Shown here piece after piece: positions 26,644 through 39,405 of a DNA stretch of 64,000 bases. A program made the position numbers and the translations under genes. Position 1 is the stretch's first letter. The number at the start of each line of letters is the position of its first letter. Below the pieces are notes generated by a model, which was given only the letters and a program-made list of their open reading frames with translations, was not told the DNA's origin and ran no database searches. Origin of the DNA: Octopus vulgaris (taxonomy: Eukaryota); NCBI GenBank assembly GCA_951406725.2, contig OX597823.1, positions 67,580,001 through 67,644,000 of the forward strand. The letters run 5' to 3'.

Positions 26644-26678
<35 letters not shown>

Positions 26679-27099
26679 TCTCACTTTCCAAGTGAGCAAG
26701 CTGAGTATTCATCTCTTCAGCAAGACACCTGCTCTTCTCCCTTTATCATAGTTTCTTATTCCTCCAGTTTATACCTTGTTCAGTCTTGTCTTACAAGTTA
26801 TTTGGTAACATCACCAGTTCTGGTGCCACATAAAAAGCACCCTGTACACTCTTGACAAGTGGTTGGCATTAGGAAGAGCATCCAGATGTTGAAACTACAC
26901 CAAAGCAGACATAGAACCTGATGGAGCCCTCTGGCTCATCTGTTCTTGTCAAACCATCCAACCCTTGCCAGCATGGAAGGTGGAGGTGTTAAATGATGAT
27001 GTTGATGATGATGATAACCTGGAGAGATGGAAGGCAAAGCTAACCTCAGCAGGATTTAAACTTCTGATAATTCTATCAGATAGCCACCCACAAAAATGC

Positions 27100-27133
<34 letters not shown>

Positions 27134-27790
27134 TTCAAATTTTGTCACAAAGGCAGTAATTTTGGGGGAAAGGATGAGTCAATTACATCGTCATCATCGT
27201 CGTCGTCCCCCACCCCACTCCCCACCCCCCGTGATCAACAGGTACTTATTTTATCAATCACAAAAGAATGAAAGGCAAAGTCAACCTCAGCAGAATATGA
27301 ACTCAGAATGTAAAAACAAAAGAAATGGCCACTAAACATTATGCCCAGCATGCTAATAATTCTGTCAACTCGCCATCTTAATAATAATAATAATAATAAT
27401 CTATTCTACTATAGGCAAAATGCCTGAAATTTGTGGTGAGGGTAGTTAATTACATTGATCCTCAGTGTTCAATTTGTACTTAATTTATTGACCACAAAAG
27501 GATGAACAACAAAGTTGACCTCAGTAGAATTATAGTAATAATCCTTTCTACTATAGGCACAAGGCCTGAAATTAGGGGGAGGGGGATAGTTGATTACATC
27601 GACATCAGTACTCAACTGGTATTTATTTTATCAACCCCAAAAAGATGGAAGGCAAAATGGCCTTGGTGGAATTTGAACTCAGAAAATTAGAATGTTAGGA
27701 CAAAATACTGATAAGCACTTTGCCTAGATGTGCTAACGATTCTGCCAGCTTGCTGCCCTAATAATAATAATGATAATAATAATAATAATA

Positions 27791-28078
27791 GGTGATTGCT
27801 ACCTAACTCAGATACCAGGAAACCCAAAAATGGCAGAAATTCAAAAGATAGTGCTCATAGTGCTCATATCCTACGCAAAATACTTTCTATGTAATCTCAA
27901 GGTTTAAAACAAACATTTTTTTTTCTTTTAGACATCCACTAGTACAACACAAAAAAACAACCAAATATATGGCACACTAGGCATAACAACAACGTGAACT
28001 TCCAACCTGTTGTCTCTTGAGGTCTCTGGGTGAGACTTGGAGCCAGCTTGTACAAATATAAATCAAAAGTCAAACATA

Positions 28079-28080
<2 letters not shown>
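27791..28080 (+). mobile_element. R4/Dong-like non-LTR element 3' end inside (TAA)n
   Basis: YLTQIPGNPKMAEIQKIVL..AHILRKILSM* (stop 27892-27894) matches the Dong/R4 C-terminal QKxVLxGTAHILRK motif. (AAT)n on both sides. Confidence 0.8.
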
Positions 28081-28125
<45 letters not shown>

Positions 28126-28180
28126 TTTCTAATTTAAGCACAAGACCCTCAGTTTTTAGGAAAAGGCATTGGTTAATGTG

Positions 28181-28563
28181 GTGGAAGCACTCCGTCGGTT
28201 ACGATGACGAGGGTTCCGGTTGATCCGATCAACGGAACAGCCTGCTCGTGAAATTAACGTGTAAGTGGCTGAGCACTCCACAGACATGTGTACTCTTAAC
28301 GTAGTTCTCGGGGATATTCAGCGTGACACAGAGAGTGACAAGGCTGGCCCTTTGAAATACAGGTACAACAGAAACAGGAAGTAAGAGTGAGAGAAAGTTG
28401 TGGTGAAAGAGTACAGCAGGGATCACCACCATCCCTGCCGGAGCCTCGTAGAGATTTAGGTGTTTTCGCTCAATAAACACTCACAACGCCCGGTCTGGGA
28501 ATCGAAACCGCGATCCTACGACTGCGAGTTCGCTGCCCTAACCACTGGGCCATTGCGCCTCCA
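28181..28563 (-). mobile_element. Young tRNA-SINE (H3 head, tail 1), full length with TSD
   Basis: GGAGGCGCAATGGCCCAGTGGTTAGGGC..GGTTTCGATTCCC head; CpGs intact; 13-bp TSD CATTGGTTAATGT on both sides. Confidence 0.9.
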
Positions 28564-30485
28564 CATTGGTTAATGTATTAATGCAACGAATCCCAGTACT
28601 TCACTGGTACTTTATTTTATCAACTTCAGAAGGATAAAAAGCAAAGTTAACCTCAATGGATTACAGCTCAGAAAATACAATCAAAAGAACTTGAAGACAT
28701 TTTTTCTAATATGCTAGAAATTCAGCCAGCCCACCACCCCAATAAGGATATTTCTACCATAGACCCAAGGTCCTAAATTTTGAAGAAGAAGAGTTCACAG
28801 CTGATTATATTGATCACAGTATTCAACAAGTGCTTATTTTATCCAAAATGTAAAATAAACACCAGTGAAATTTGAACTCATAATATAATATAAAAGGACC
28901 AAACTAAAATGAAACAAAGCATTTTATCTGTTGCTCTACCGATTCTACCAACAACAATGCTTTTTTTACACTGACACAATGGGAAAGGAGTACCAGTAAA
29001 CATCGAAGAATCAGCACCAAGAAGGAAGAAATCTTCTTTACATACATTTATTCATTTGCCTAACAGGTAGTTAAAAAGACAGTAGTAATTGTAGTGATAG
29101 TGTAGAAAAAGTTGTCTGTCAGTAGAGAGTGAAAGAGTAAGGAATGCACGGTGCTGACTAGAAAGGAAGAAAGGATAAAGTGGCATCGCCTTTCTTGCAA
29201 CCGAAAGCCTCTCTTTGCATGTTCCATGAAGGGTGAAAGGAAGTGCTGCTCTTGGTTAAGGATGACACAAAAGCAGCTGCTGCCCCTTGGTCTGGCTAAC
29301 ACAAAAGAGGAAGAGATAGGAAATTCTCTGTTATATAGACTATGGTCAGTAATGTAGGTCAAACCTTAAACAAAGGACTGACCTTTTCTTGACCAGCACA
29401 GGTCCTAGGGTGTCGAGTGTTTCCTCATCAATCATCTAGTGTGGAGAGGATTTCCCGCTCATTTTAACATGCAACAAGTGGGTGGATTTGGTTCAAATCT
29501 CAGGCAGGGTCAAGCTAGATCCCTACACATACCACTACATGTGAGTGTGTGTGTTTTTTGTCAATGAGTTTTGGCAAGAAATACCAAAAAGCCAATGCTC
29601 TGTGAACAAAACCTTTTGTGATATTTGTTCTCCACTGGGTTACAAAACACTCCCTTGCTACCCAAATAGTCAGAAATGCAGAGAACCAATGAATAGTCCT
29701 TTAGAAACCTGCAAACCAACAATACTATTGTTTACCAAATTCATTAAGGCTGCATGGTTAAGAGGCTTACTTCACAACCATGTGCTCTTGGGTTCAGTCC
29801 CACTGCACAGCACCTTGGGTAAGACACTTCTTTGTGAGTGGATTTGGTAGATAGAAAATGAAAGAAGCCATGTATGTGCATGTATGCATGTACTTGTGTG
29901 TTTTTGTCTCTGTCTCCCACCACCACATGACAACCAGTCTTAGTTTGTTTACATCCCTATAACTTAATGATTCAATAAAAAATTTTACCAATAGAATAAG
30001 TACCAGGCTGAAAAGAAATAAGTACTGGGTTGATTTTGTTTGATTAAAATTATTAGATTGGTGCCCTGCCCTTCATCATCATCTTCATTTAATGTCTGTT
30101 GTCCATGCTGGCATGGGTTGGACAGTTTGACTGAGCTGGTACGCTAGAAGGCTGTGCCAGGCTCCAATCTGATTCGGCATGGTTTTCTACAGTTAGATGC
30201 CCTTCCTAATGCCAACCACTCTGAGAGTGTAATGAGTGCTTTTATGTGTTACTGGCATGGGTGCCATTAGCGTGATACTGGTATCTTCCATGACTGCAAT
30301 TTTGCTTTGCTTGATGGGTCTTCTTCTCAAGCACAACATAATGCCAAAGGTCTTGGTCATTGCCTCCATGAGGCCCAACACTTGAAAGAAACTCAGCCAC
30401 TTTGCCTCCATGAGGCCCAATGCTCGAAAGAAAGTCAGCCTTCTCGGAAATAAATTAAATTTGTCATCTCTAATCAACTCAAAGT

Positions 30486-30812
30486 GAAGGCGCATTGCTC
30501 AGTGGTTAGAGCATCGGGCTCACAATCGTGAGGTTGTGTGTTGTGTCCTTGGGCAAGACACTTTATTTTACATTGCTCCATTTCACTCAGCTGTAGAAAT
30601 GTTTACTCAGCTGTAGAAATGAGTTATGACGTCACTGTATCAAGTTGTATTAACCTTTGCCTTTCCCTTGGACAACATTAGTGGCTTGCAGAGGGGAGAC
30701 TGGTATGCATAGGCGACTGCTGGTCTTCCATAAACAACTTTGCCCAGACTTGTGTCTCAAAGGGTAACTTTCTAGGTGCAATCCCATGGTCATTCATGAC
30801 CGAAGGAGGTCA
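30486..30812 (+). mobile_element. tRNA-SINE family C
   Basis: GAAGGCGCATTGCTCAGTGGTTAGAGC head, GTCCTTGGGCAAGACAC core, tail as in 10140-10467, then poly-T. Confidence 0.85.
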
Positions 30813-32917
30813 TTTTTTTTTTTTATAATCGACATGGAAAGCTAAATTAAAACAGCATAAAGTCAGTGAAATGAAATAGATCATAAACAATGGATTTGTA
30901 ACGTAAACTGTTATATTAATCAGTGCAATTTTAGCAGCATTATAGACTGCCACCCCCACTCCCTTGACAAAGTAATGCACTAGACCCCTGCATATACAAC
31001 AGCAACATGCATAGTTTAGCATTGGTCCCCTGAACCAGCAGGAACCCTGGAGGAGCATGCTCAGTACATCTCTGCTTTGCAACAGCTCTGACATTAACAT
31101 GTAAACATTTAAAGAAACAAGGTCTCTATACATAGGCGTGGCTGTATGATAAATGTTACTGCCCAACCTTGTGGTCTAGGGTTCAATTCCACAATGTGGT
31201 ATCCCAAATCGACCAAAACCTTATGAGAGGATTTGATAGATGGAAACTGAAAAGAAGGTCCTCATGTGTGAGTGTGTCTTTGTGCATGTCCTTCACAACC
31301 ACTTGACAACTGGTGCAGGTTTGTTTATGTCCCCGTAACTTATAGGTTCAATAAAAACTGACCGGTTGAATAAGTACCTGGTTTTAAAAAATATATACTG
31401 GGGTGATTCATTTTGACCAATACCCTTCAACGCGATGCCCTAGTATGGCCACAGTCCAATGATTGAAACAAGTAACAGATAAATGATGTGAGTGTGCGTG
31501 TGTGTGTGTAAACGGTTTATAAACAGACCCGAAATAATCGAATATTCATTTTTTATAATGAAAATATACACCTAACTATAAGAACTACAAAAATATAATT
31601 TAAAATGTTGACATATAGGCATGTTTCTACAATTATATAATAAAAAAAAGAATTTTGGGACGTCTTAAGATTTAAATAAAAACTTAATCTGGTTTTTGTT
31701 TACATAAAAAATTATTAAAAGGGAAAATCATTCCCCCATCACACATACACACCACAACAAGAACTATTAATTTAGTAAACGCAATTGAAGCGACGACCAG
31801 GTAAACTCGTTAACACGCTGAGCAAAATATTTAGCAGTATTTCTCCCGTCTGTAGGTTTTGAGTTCAAATTCTACTGCAGTCATTTTAATCGATTTACAG
31901 GTTCCCCTAAAATTGCTAGAATTATGCCAAAATTTGAAACCGATTTAGTAAAGTGATATATCTTTCCTACTCATTTCAGTGCATAAAAAATTCTTGTAAC
32001 TATTTTTGAAATTTATTATAAACCCAAAAAGTTATTGTCGCTTATTTAGCTGGATTTTGTGTGTGTGTGTGTGGTTAATAAATGAATGGATTGAGTAAAA
32101 TGTTTTCTCGACTGAAATATTATTTTCGTCAGGAAAAAAAAAACTTTTTATTTTCAATTTACTTTTTTATTTTTTTTCACAATCATTGAGGTGTGTGAAA
32201 AATATATATTCTTGGGGTAAGGCCTTCCTTAACATTCTAGGTTTTGAAAACGAAACTTAAGCTCAGCCCCGGGAAAAAGCGAGTAGGGATAATAAATAAA
32301 TGGACACAGGTGCGACTGTGTGGTAAGAAGTTTACTTCCAAACCACATGTTTGGCACCATGGACAGATGTCTTCTGCTATAGCGCCGGGCCGACCAAAGC
32401 CTCAGGAGTGGATTCGGTAGAGGGACACTGAAAGACGGCTGTCGTGTGTGTCTGTCTGTGTTTGTCCCCCACCACCGCTTGACAACCGGTGTTGGTATGT
32501 TTACGTCCCATAACTTAGCGGCTCAGCAAAAAGAGTTATACGGAATAAGTACCAGACTTTAAAAAAAGTACTGAGATTGATTTGTTTGACTAAACTTTCT
32601 TGGCGGTGCTCCAGCAAGGGCGCAGTCTAACGACTGAAAAAAAGAAGGATAAAAGATACATATATGTATGTATATAGCATATGTATGTATCTAGCACTGA
32701 CAACCGGTGCTAGTTAGTAATGAAGCGGTTCGGCAAAGAGCGATCGACAGAACAAGTATCAGGCTTTTAAAAAATGTATATACAAGTACTGGGAGGGGGG
32801 TGCGATTCGTTCGAGTAAAACCCTTCAAAACGGTGCAACAGCATTGCCGCCGCAGTCCAAAAACAGAAGCAAGTAAAAAGATGAAAAATAACAGGAACTT
32901 TGTCAAAAGTTACTCAC

Positions 32918-33014
32918 CTCTTTCTGTTAGCCGGCTTGGAGTTGCTTCCAATAAAATGAAAGTGGATGCTGATAGAAAGACAATAAGAGCAATAAATCGA
33001 CAACAGTACTTCAT
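32918..33014 (-). CDS. First coding exon of an unidentified secreted or membrane protein (signal peptide); downstream exons not found
   Basis: GCAAGG-ATG (A at -3). 97 nt = MKYCCRFIALIVFLSASTFILLEATPSRLTER + G, then canonical donor GAG|GTGAGT (phase 1). Basic n-region, hydrophobic h-region, LEA|T cleavage-like site. Unique sequence inside a CpG-retaining zone. Confidence 0.7.
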
Positions 33015-34560
33015 CCTTGCTTACGTCGATCTCAGCTTTCAGTTTTCAACATACAACTTTTCGTTTTCCTCTTATTATTTTTTTTTTCTTCCCAAATTGT
33101 TGCTGCTAGTGTGTCAACGTTAGTCCCCAATCAAACGCCTAATTTGGTTTCGTCATTACATGTTGCAGTCTTTTGTTTCTTTCTTTTTTCTATTATTTGA
33201 ACGAAATGTTTGGCAGTATAGTTTTTTTAATGTTATTCCACTTCGGTTTTGTTATTCTTTGCCCTACCCTTTCTTATATATTTTAGTTTGTATTTTATTA
33301 TTTTTTAATTTTTATTTTTCCTCCTCCTCCTGTTCGCTCTGTCAAATACGCCATCCATCCATCGTTGGGTGTATTATGTTATAACGTTAGAAAAAGTACA
33401 CTCCCTAAGTTTCAAATTATGCCTTAAAAACGATGAAGATTATTATGTGTTTGGGTGCGTGCGCGCGCGTGCGAGACAGAAAAATTAAGTCGGTGGTATC
33501 AGGTAAAGAATTTAATAAATTCTTGAAAAAATAAACATAAACTAAAATTTCTGCTATAATGAGAAAAATGTAAATAGAACAATTTTTTTTTTTTATTTCT
33601 TCTTTCTTTTCTCACTTATTCCATTATATTTCTTTTTGTGTATATTTTTGCTCTTTTAAAGCAATTAAATTAAGGTGCGATTGTTTTTTTCTTTTTTATG
33701 GTATATGTAATAGTTATATTCTTCTAGTATATTTCCTAAGACAAATCTACATTATTGATATCATCATACCAGATGCTATTTTGAAAAAGAAAACAAAAAT
33801 CTATAAGTTGCATAGATAATATCTATGCCAAAACGAGATTGGAATTGTTGGTTAATTAATCTATTGACTAATGTTTACGGGCGATCATACTTTATCAGAA
33901 AAAATGATATACACGTGTTCGTGTGAGTATATTATACATGTATACAGAGAGAGAGAGAAAGAGAGTTATTGAAAGGCCTTAAAGAAAACACAAAAATTAA
34001 ACCTAGACGAAATATAAACAGTAAGGAATTTTCAAATTTTGTGTTTATATATATATGAATGATTTGAAATACAATTTACTCGGCAGTTATAAAATGTATT
34101 GCTTTACTATTCTCAATATTTGCAAGTTATATGTCTGTGTAAGGCTTAAAGATCTTAGAATTAAAGAAAACTTTCTTCAAGCAACGCCCGTAACTGTTTC
34201 GGTAACACAAGCTAATTTGCGGATGGTGGTGCTACTGCTGCTGCTATTATTTGTAAAAGGTTGGCACCAGCTTCGTTTAAACATGTGTATCATACATATT
34301 CATTATCTTTCATTATTGTTTTTTTTTTTAGTTGATTACTTCTAAATGATAAGAGGAAGAAGAAAGTAATAAAACGGAAGAAAAAAAACAGGCTTTCGTT
34401 TAGTCGTGTCAAAAGTTGAAGATGTTGGTTAACAACAATAACGATGAATGAGAATGGAAGCCTTTTTTTTCTTCTCTTTTTCGCCTGTCGACTGAAGTCA
34501 GAAAAGTCGAGCAGTGTGTTTAATAAATTGGATGGAGACCAATAAGAAGACATTGGTGAG
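33015..34560. promoter_or_regulatory. Putative 5'UTR and promoter region, possibly bidirectional
   Basis: TE-free and visibly richer in CpG than the flanks; directly upstream of the signal-peptide exon. A plus-strand donor-like site (TTG|GTGAGA) at 34555/34556. Confidence 0.5.
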
Positions 34561-35082
34561 AGAGGGAGAGTGGAAGAAAGTCAATCTGAGAAGGGAAGTG
34601 GCATTGTCTCACTACAGTGCAACAACCGTTATGTATGTTAGTGTGTGTGTGATTCGTTAAATGGGACAAAAGAGGAAAGCAGCGAAGAATTATTTTTAGA
34701 AAGGATAACGAGGAATTTATTGCCATTTTTGTTTGTTTTGTATTCCTATCGCAAGAATAATGTCATTTTGCAAGAAATTAAGAGTTTCGTCTTTCTTGAA
34801 AGCCTCGTCAGGATGCGTTCACTTCCTCTTACCTGCTATGTAACTCGAGTGATGTTACTTCATCTTGTTGTGATGATGGTTACGTCCCAATATGTATATG
34901 TATATGACAGTAACCTCCCCTTCTATCACCTTCCCTAAGTAAATCAAACTATAGAAATTTTGACTAATTATAATTTCAAGAGGAAAAAAAATAAACAGAA
35001 CCTTATTATCATACTGAAACTCAAGATGGAAACAACGACCTTAAGATCTTTAGACAAATGCTTTCTCAAATAAGCTATTTAA

Positions 35083-35276
35083 TCCATTTACTGTAGAAAA
35101 TAGATATATATTTACTCAAAACTCCATTGCCCTAATCTGCAGAAGGCAGTTATTGAAACCAATCTATCTTTTGTTGAAGAATGTCATGTTTGAAACTATT
35201 TTTTCTTGCGATAAGTCAACTGTATTGGAGCAATATGACCTGCAGAAGGTACCGATTTAATTTTGCAGTAAATGGG
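35083..35276. mobile_element. piggyBac-like MITE, second family
   Basis: TTAA|TCCATTTACTG..GCAGTAAATGGG|TTAA. Confidence 0.65.
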
Positions 35277-35379
35277 TTAACTAATTGTAAATAGCCTCAT
35301 ACTTTGTAATAATAATTATCTACAGTCATTGAATGAGAAAAATTTAGTAATGTATAATAAACAAAATACATTAAATAAT

Positions 35380-36056
35380 CCTGTCTTATTTCTTTATTAC
35401 CCACAAGGGGCTAAACACAGAGAGGACAGACAAACGGATTAAGTCGATTACATCGACCTCAGTGCATAACTAGTACTTAATTTATCGGCCCCGAAAGGAT
35501 GAAAGGCAAAGTTGACCTTGCAGAATTTGAACTCGGAATGTAACGGCAGACAAAATACTGCTAAGCATTTCGCCCGGCAGTCTAACGTTTCTGCCAGTTC
35601 GCTGTCTTTCTACCACAGGTACAAGGCCTGAAATTGGGGCAGGAGGAAGGAGCTAGTTAACAACATCGACTCCAATATGCAACTGGTACTTATTTTGACC
35701 CCCAAGTGGATGAAAGGCAAAGTTGACCTCAGTAGAATTTTGGCACAGAATGCAAAGACAGGTGAAATGCCACTAAGCATTTTACCTGGCGGGCTAACGA
35801 TTTTGCCAGCTCACTGCTATAAAATACATTAAATAATGGTTTCAAGTTTTGGCAAAAGGCCAGCAAGTTTGGGCGAGGGGTAAGTCAATTACTTTGCTCC
35901 CCCAGTGCTCAAATGGTACTAATTCTATCAACCTTGAAAGGATGAAAGGCAAAGTCGACCTCAGTGGCATTTGAACTCAGAACATAAAGATTGCTGAAAT
36001 GCCACTTGCTAAGCATTTTACCCAGCAAGCTAATGATTCTGCCAGCTTGCTGCCAT
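35380..36056 (-). mobile_element. Three tandem family A SINEs with a triplicated 17-bp target
   Basis: AAAATACATTAAATAAT at 35363-35379, 35821-35837 and 36057-36073. Confidence 0.85.
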
Positions 36057-36559
36057 AAAATACATTAAATAATGGCCAGAGGATAGAACTCATTCCAAAT
36101 TAAAAATGAATAAAAATTTTAGGGTTTGTGTTGTCTTTAAACAATATTGTTACATGATTTCTGTTACATGATTTAGATTTATCTAATGGCACAGATATAT
36201 TGGAATTTTTTTCTAATACTCTTCTTAACACTCAAACATCAAATGCCATCAGATATGTTAGGGTTGTCACTTGAACAGCTGAAAATAGTAGCTGCCCCTC
36301 TCAAAAATTTCACTCTTAAATAATGATTATAGAAGAACAGAGTTCCTGATATACAAAGATGTCACAACAGGAATGCCTTAAATCACAGTTTTTTTTTTCA
36401 ACAGTGACTTATCTAGGACTAGGTGACAGCACTAAAGTTTACTTCCAGCCAAGAACAGAAGGACTCTATACAGACACAGGACCTACTAGATATAGTGGTC
36501 AAATTTCTCTCAAATCACACACACTAATGATAAAGTCAGAGATAAAAATAAAAATAAAT

Positions 36560-36805
36560 GTGGCCTTTTAAGGCCTAGCCAGGCTCATGGGCCTGTTTTC
36601 CCGGTTTTTGTGGCGTATGTGTTTCCCAGCTGGACGGTACGCCAGTCCATCACAGTGTTACTCATTTTTGCCAGCTGAGTGGACTGGAGCAACGTGAAAT
36701 GAAGTGTTTTGCTCAAGAACACAATGTGTTACCCGGTCCAGGAATCGAAACCACAATCTTACAATCATGGTGCTGACACCCTAACCACTAAGCCACGTGC
36801 CTCCA
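36560..36805 (-). mobile_element. tRNA-SINE, H3-like head, CORE-like and V-like domain
   Basis: TGGCTTAGTGGTTAGGG..GGTTTCGATTCC..TTCTTGAGCAAAACAC..TGTGATGGACTGGCGTACCGTCCAG. TSD-like AAAGT(C/T)AGAGATA. Confidence 0.75.
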
Positions 36806-37606
36806 CAAAGTTAGAGATACCTTGGAAAATGTAGTTCCATACATACACATAAGGTATGTGTGTGTGAAGGCGCGTACCCTAATGTTTAGTATGTTACACT
36901 CACAATTGCTAGATCTTGAGTTCAATTCCCACAGTGAGCAGCACATTGTATTCTTGAGCAAAACATTTCATTTCACATTGCTCAACATCCATTTCAACAT
37001 CTGACATGTAGCACATTTGTGCACTAGTATAGACAATGTAAACTAATGTAAAGCATACACATTTGGTCACTATAAACAAATCCTTTGTGCAGATCATTCA
37101 GCAACAACTGAACACTCACACATCTTTCACTGGAAACATTCCATCATAGATGTGTGTGTGTAGGTGTAGGCATGGCTATGTGGTAGAAAGTTTGCTTCCT
37201 TACCACATGGTTCTACATTCAATCACTCTGTGTGACACATTGGGCAAGTGTCTTCTGCTATAGCCTTGAGTGGATTTGGTAGATGGAAAGACACCTGTTG
37301 TATGTGTGTGCGCGCGTGTCTTTGTGCATGTGGTTGTCTCATAGCACAAGTTTCACACCATTGTTATCTTCAGTTCTCACCTGAAGAATGCAGCATGAAT
37401 GTTGTACAGCAATTCTTAAATTCAGTTTCAATAGAAAAAAAAACGTCTTCTAGAATTGGGCATTCCTCTCTCATTTGTCAAACATAAACCAACATACATA
37501 TGCATGTATGCAGATACTTACAAACATGCATACACATGTACGTATAACATATATATATATATATATATAATATAAATGATATAAATAATATATAAATATA
37601 TGCATA

Positions 37607-37900
37607 TCACGTGATCACGGGACCGACCAGACCATCAGATGTTGTTACACATCGCTGGTCACAATGTGTTTGCATTGTTTTAGCCTTCGAATGACGCCAC
37701 CCCGCTGGCTAAGCGAGCAGGCCAACAGACGAAAGAGTGGTGAAAGAGTACAGCAGGGATCACCACCCCCTGCCGGAGCCTCGTGAAGCTTTTAGGTGTT
37801 TTCGCTCAATAAACACTCACAACGCCCGGCCTGGGAATCGAAACCGCAATCCTACGACCGCGAGTCCGCTGCCCTAACCACTGAGCCATTGCGCCTCCAC
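37607..37900 (-). mobile_element. tRNA-SINE, H3 head with tail 2, inside (TA)n
   Basis: Head and body as 28181-28563 up to CTGTACTCTTTCACCAC, then a different tail ending GGTCGGTCCCGTGATCACGTGATAT. Confidence 0.8.
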
Positions 37901-37974
37901 AAATATATGCATATACACATACATATATGTACAAACCTACATATATATATATATATGTATATATACATGCATAT

Positions 37975-38152
37975 ATGGGTACAGGACATCAAAAAAATGT
38001 TGAACACAATGAGAAACGAAAACATAAAAACAAAAACATAGAAACAAAATTTTTTTCAAACAATGAAAAAAACAGAGAAATGAGACATACAGCATAAGGA
38101 ATATTCCCCTTCTTCGGTTGTCCCTGTTTCATCTACTCTGCGTTTCGAAGGT
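37975..38152 (-). mobile_element. Probable Penelope-like terminal fragment, hammerhead truncated
   Basis: Minus strand begins CCTTCGAAACGCAG (3' half of a hammerhead-like motif), followed by a T-rich tail ending in TA-rich repeat. Confidence 0.45.
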
Positions 38153-38159
38153 ATATATA

Positions 38160-38675
38160 TGGGCCTCATAGAGGCAATGACTAGTAACCAAAACATTTGG
38201 CGATATGCTGTGCTTGAGAAGACCTGTCAAGCCAAGTGAAATCATAGTCATGGCTGATGCTGGTGTCACATAGCTGGCACACATGCTGGTGGCATGTAAA
38301 AAGCATCTTTTGAGCACTGGGGCTCATGGAGGCAAGGTGGCTGATACTGGTGGCACATGGAAAGCACCCTTTGAGTGTTGGGCTTCACAGAGGCAATGAC
38401 AAATAACTGAGACCTTTGGCATTATGTCATGCTTGAGAAGATGACCCATGAAGCCAAGTAAAATCACAGTCGTGGCAGATACTGGTGTCATGCAAATGGC
38501 ACCTGTGTTGGTTGCATGTAAAAGTACCCATTACTCTCTTGGAGTGGTTGGCATGAGGAAGGGCACCCAGCCATAGAAACCATGCCAAATCAGCCTTCCA
38601 GCTTGCCAGCCCTGGTCAAACCGCCCAACCCATGCCAGCATGGACAACGAATACTAAATGATGATGATGATAATG
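38160..38675 (+). mobile_element. RTE LINE 3'UTR and tail
   Basis: GCTTGAGAAGACC..GCCAAGTGAAATC repeats, GGAGTGGTTGGCATGAGGAAGGGCACCCAGCC, CCATGCCAGCATGG..(GAT)n. Confidence 0.8.
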
Positions 38676-38714
38676 ATATATTTATATGTATGTATATATG
38701 TGTATATATATATA

Positions 38715-39260
38715 TGTATCTCCCTCTTCCCCTTCCCTCTGCTCCCTCACTCCCTCTCTCCCCTTCTCTCTCCCCCTCTCCCTCTTTCCTCCTTCATCCC
38801 CCTCCTCACCTTCCTTCTCCCCCATCGTCTCCTCTTCCCCCTTCTCCTCCCCCTCTTCTTCCCCTCCCCTTCTCTCCCCCTCCCCCTCTTCTCCTCACTA
38901 CACCACATGACTTTACACATCACATCACATATGATGTGCCATACTAATACACACACCAACTAATACATACTAATACGTACTAATACATACTAATACTTAC
39001 ACCAACCCTATACATACACACGTCCAGACCCCGCATACGCACTTATACTCTCTCACACACACACACACACACCTATACATACCAATACGTACTAATACAT
39101 ACTAATACATACTAATACATACACCAACCCCATACATACGCACGTCCAGACCAATCTTACGCACTAATACTCTCTCATACACACACACACCCTTATACAT
39201 ACTAATACATACACCAGCCATATACATACACACATCCAGACCCCTCCCACGCACTTTTAG
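38715..39260. repeat. Polypyrimidine tract, (CATACTAATA)n and an approximately 100-bp diverged tandem repeat
   Basis: Directly visible; CA(C)GTCCAGACC-like unit recurs near 39020, 39142 and 39232. Confidence 0.8.
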
Positions 39261-39405
39261 CTGGTCCCTCAACCCTTTTATCAACCCTATTATCTCCCCT
39301 TATTTCGCTCTCACGTCTCATGTTTGATCTTTGACCTCTGGCCGAAATCAGATCGCCATGTTGATTCGTTAGCTACTGCACGCATTTTTTTTCTCTCTCT
39401 GTGTA

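Noticed and set aside
28490-28563. tRNA-like sequence with A and B boxes (also 37830-37900, 23910-23985, 36735-36805)
   Set aside because: Continues into a SINE body and tail, with a TSD in the young copies. These are SINE heads, not tRNA genes.
34813-34895. Hydrophobic MRSLPLTCYVTRVMLLHLVVMMVTSQY as a second signal-peptide exon
   Set aside because: Donor (GTATAT/GTATGT in a TATG tract) and signal features are weak; not distinguishable from chance.
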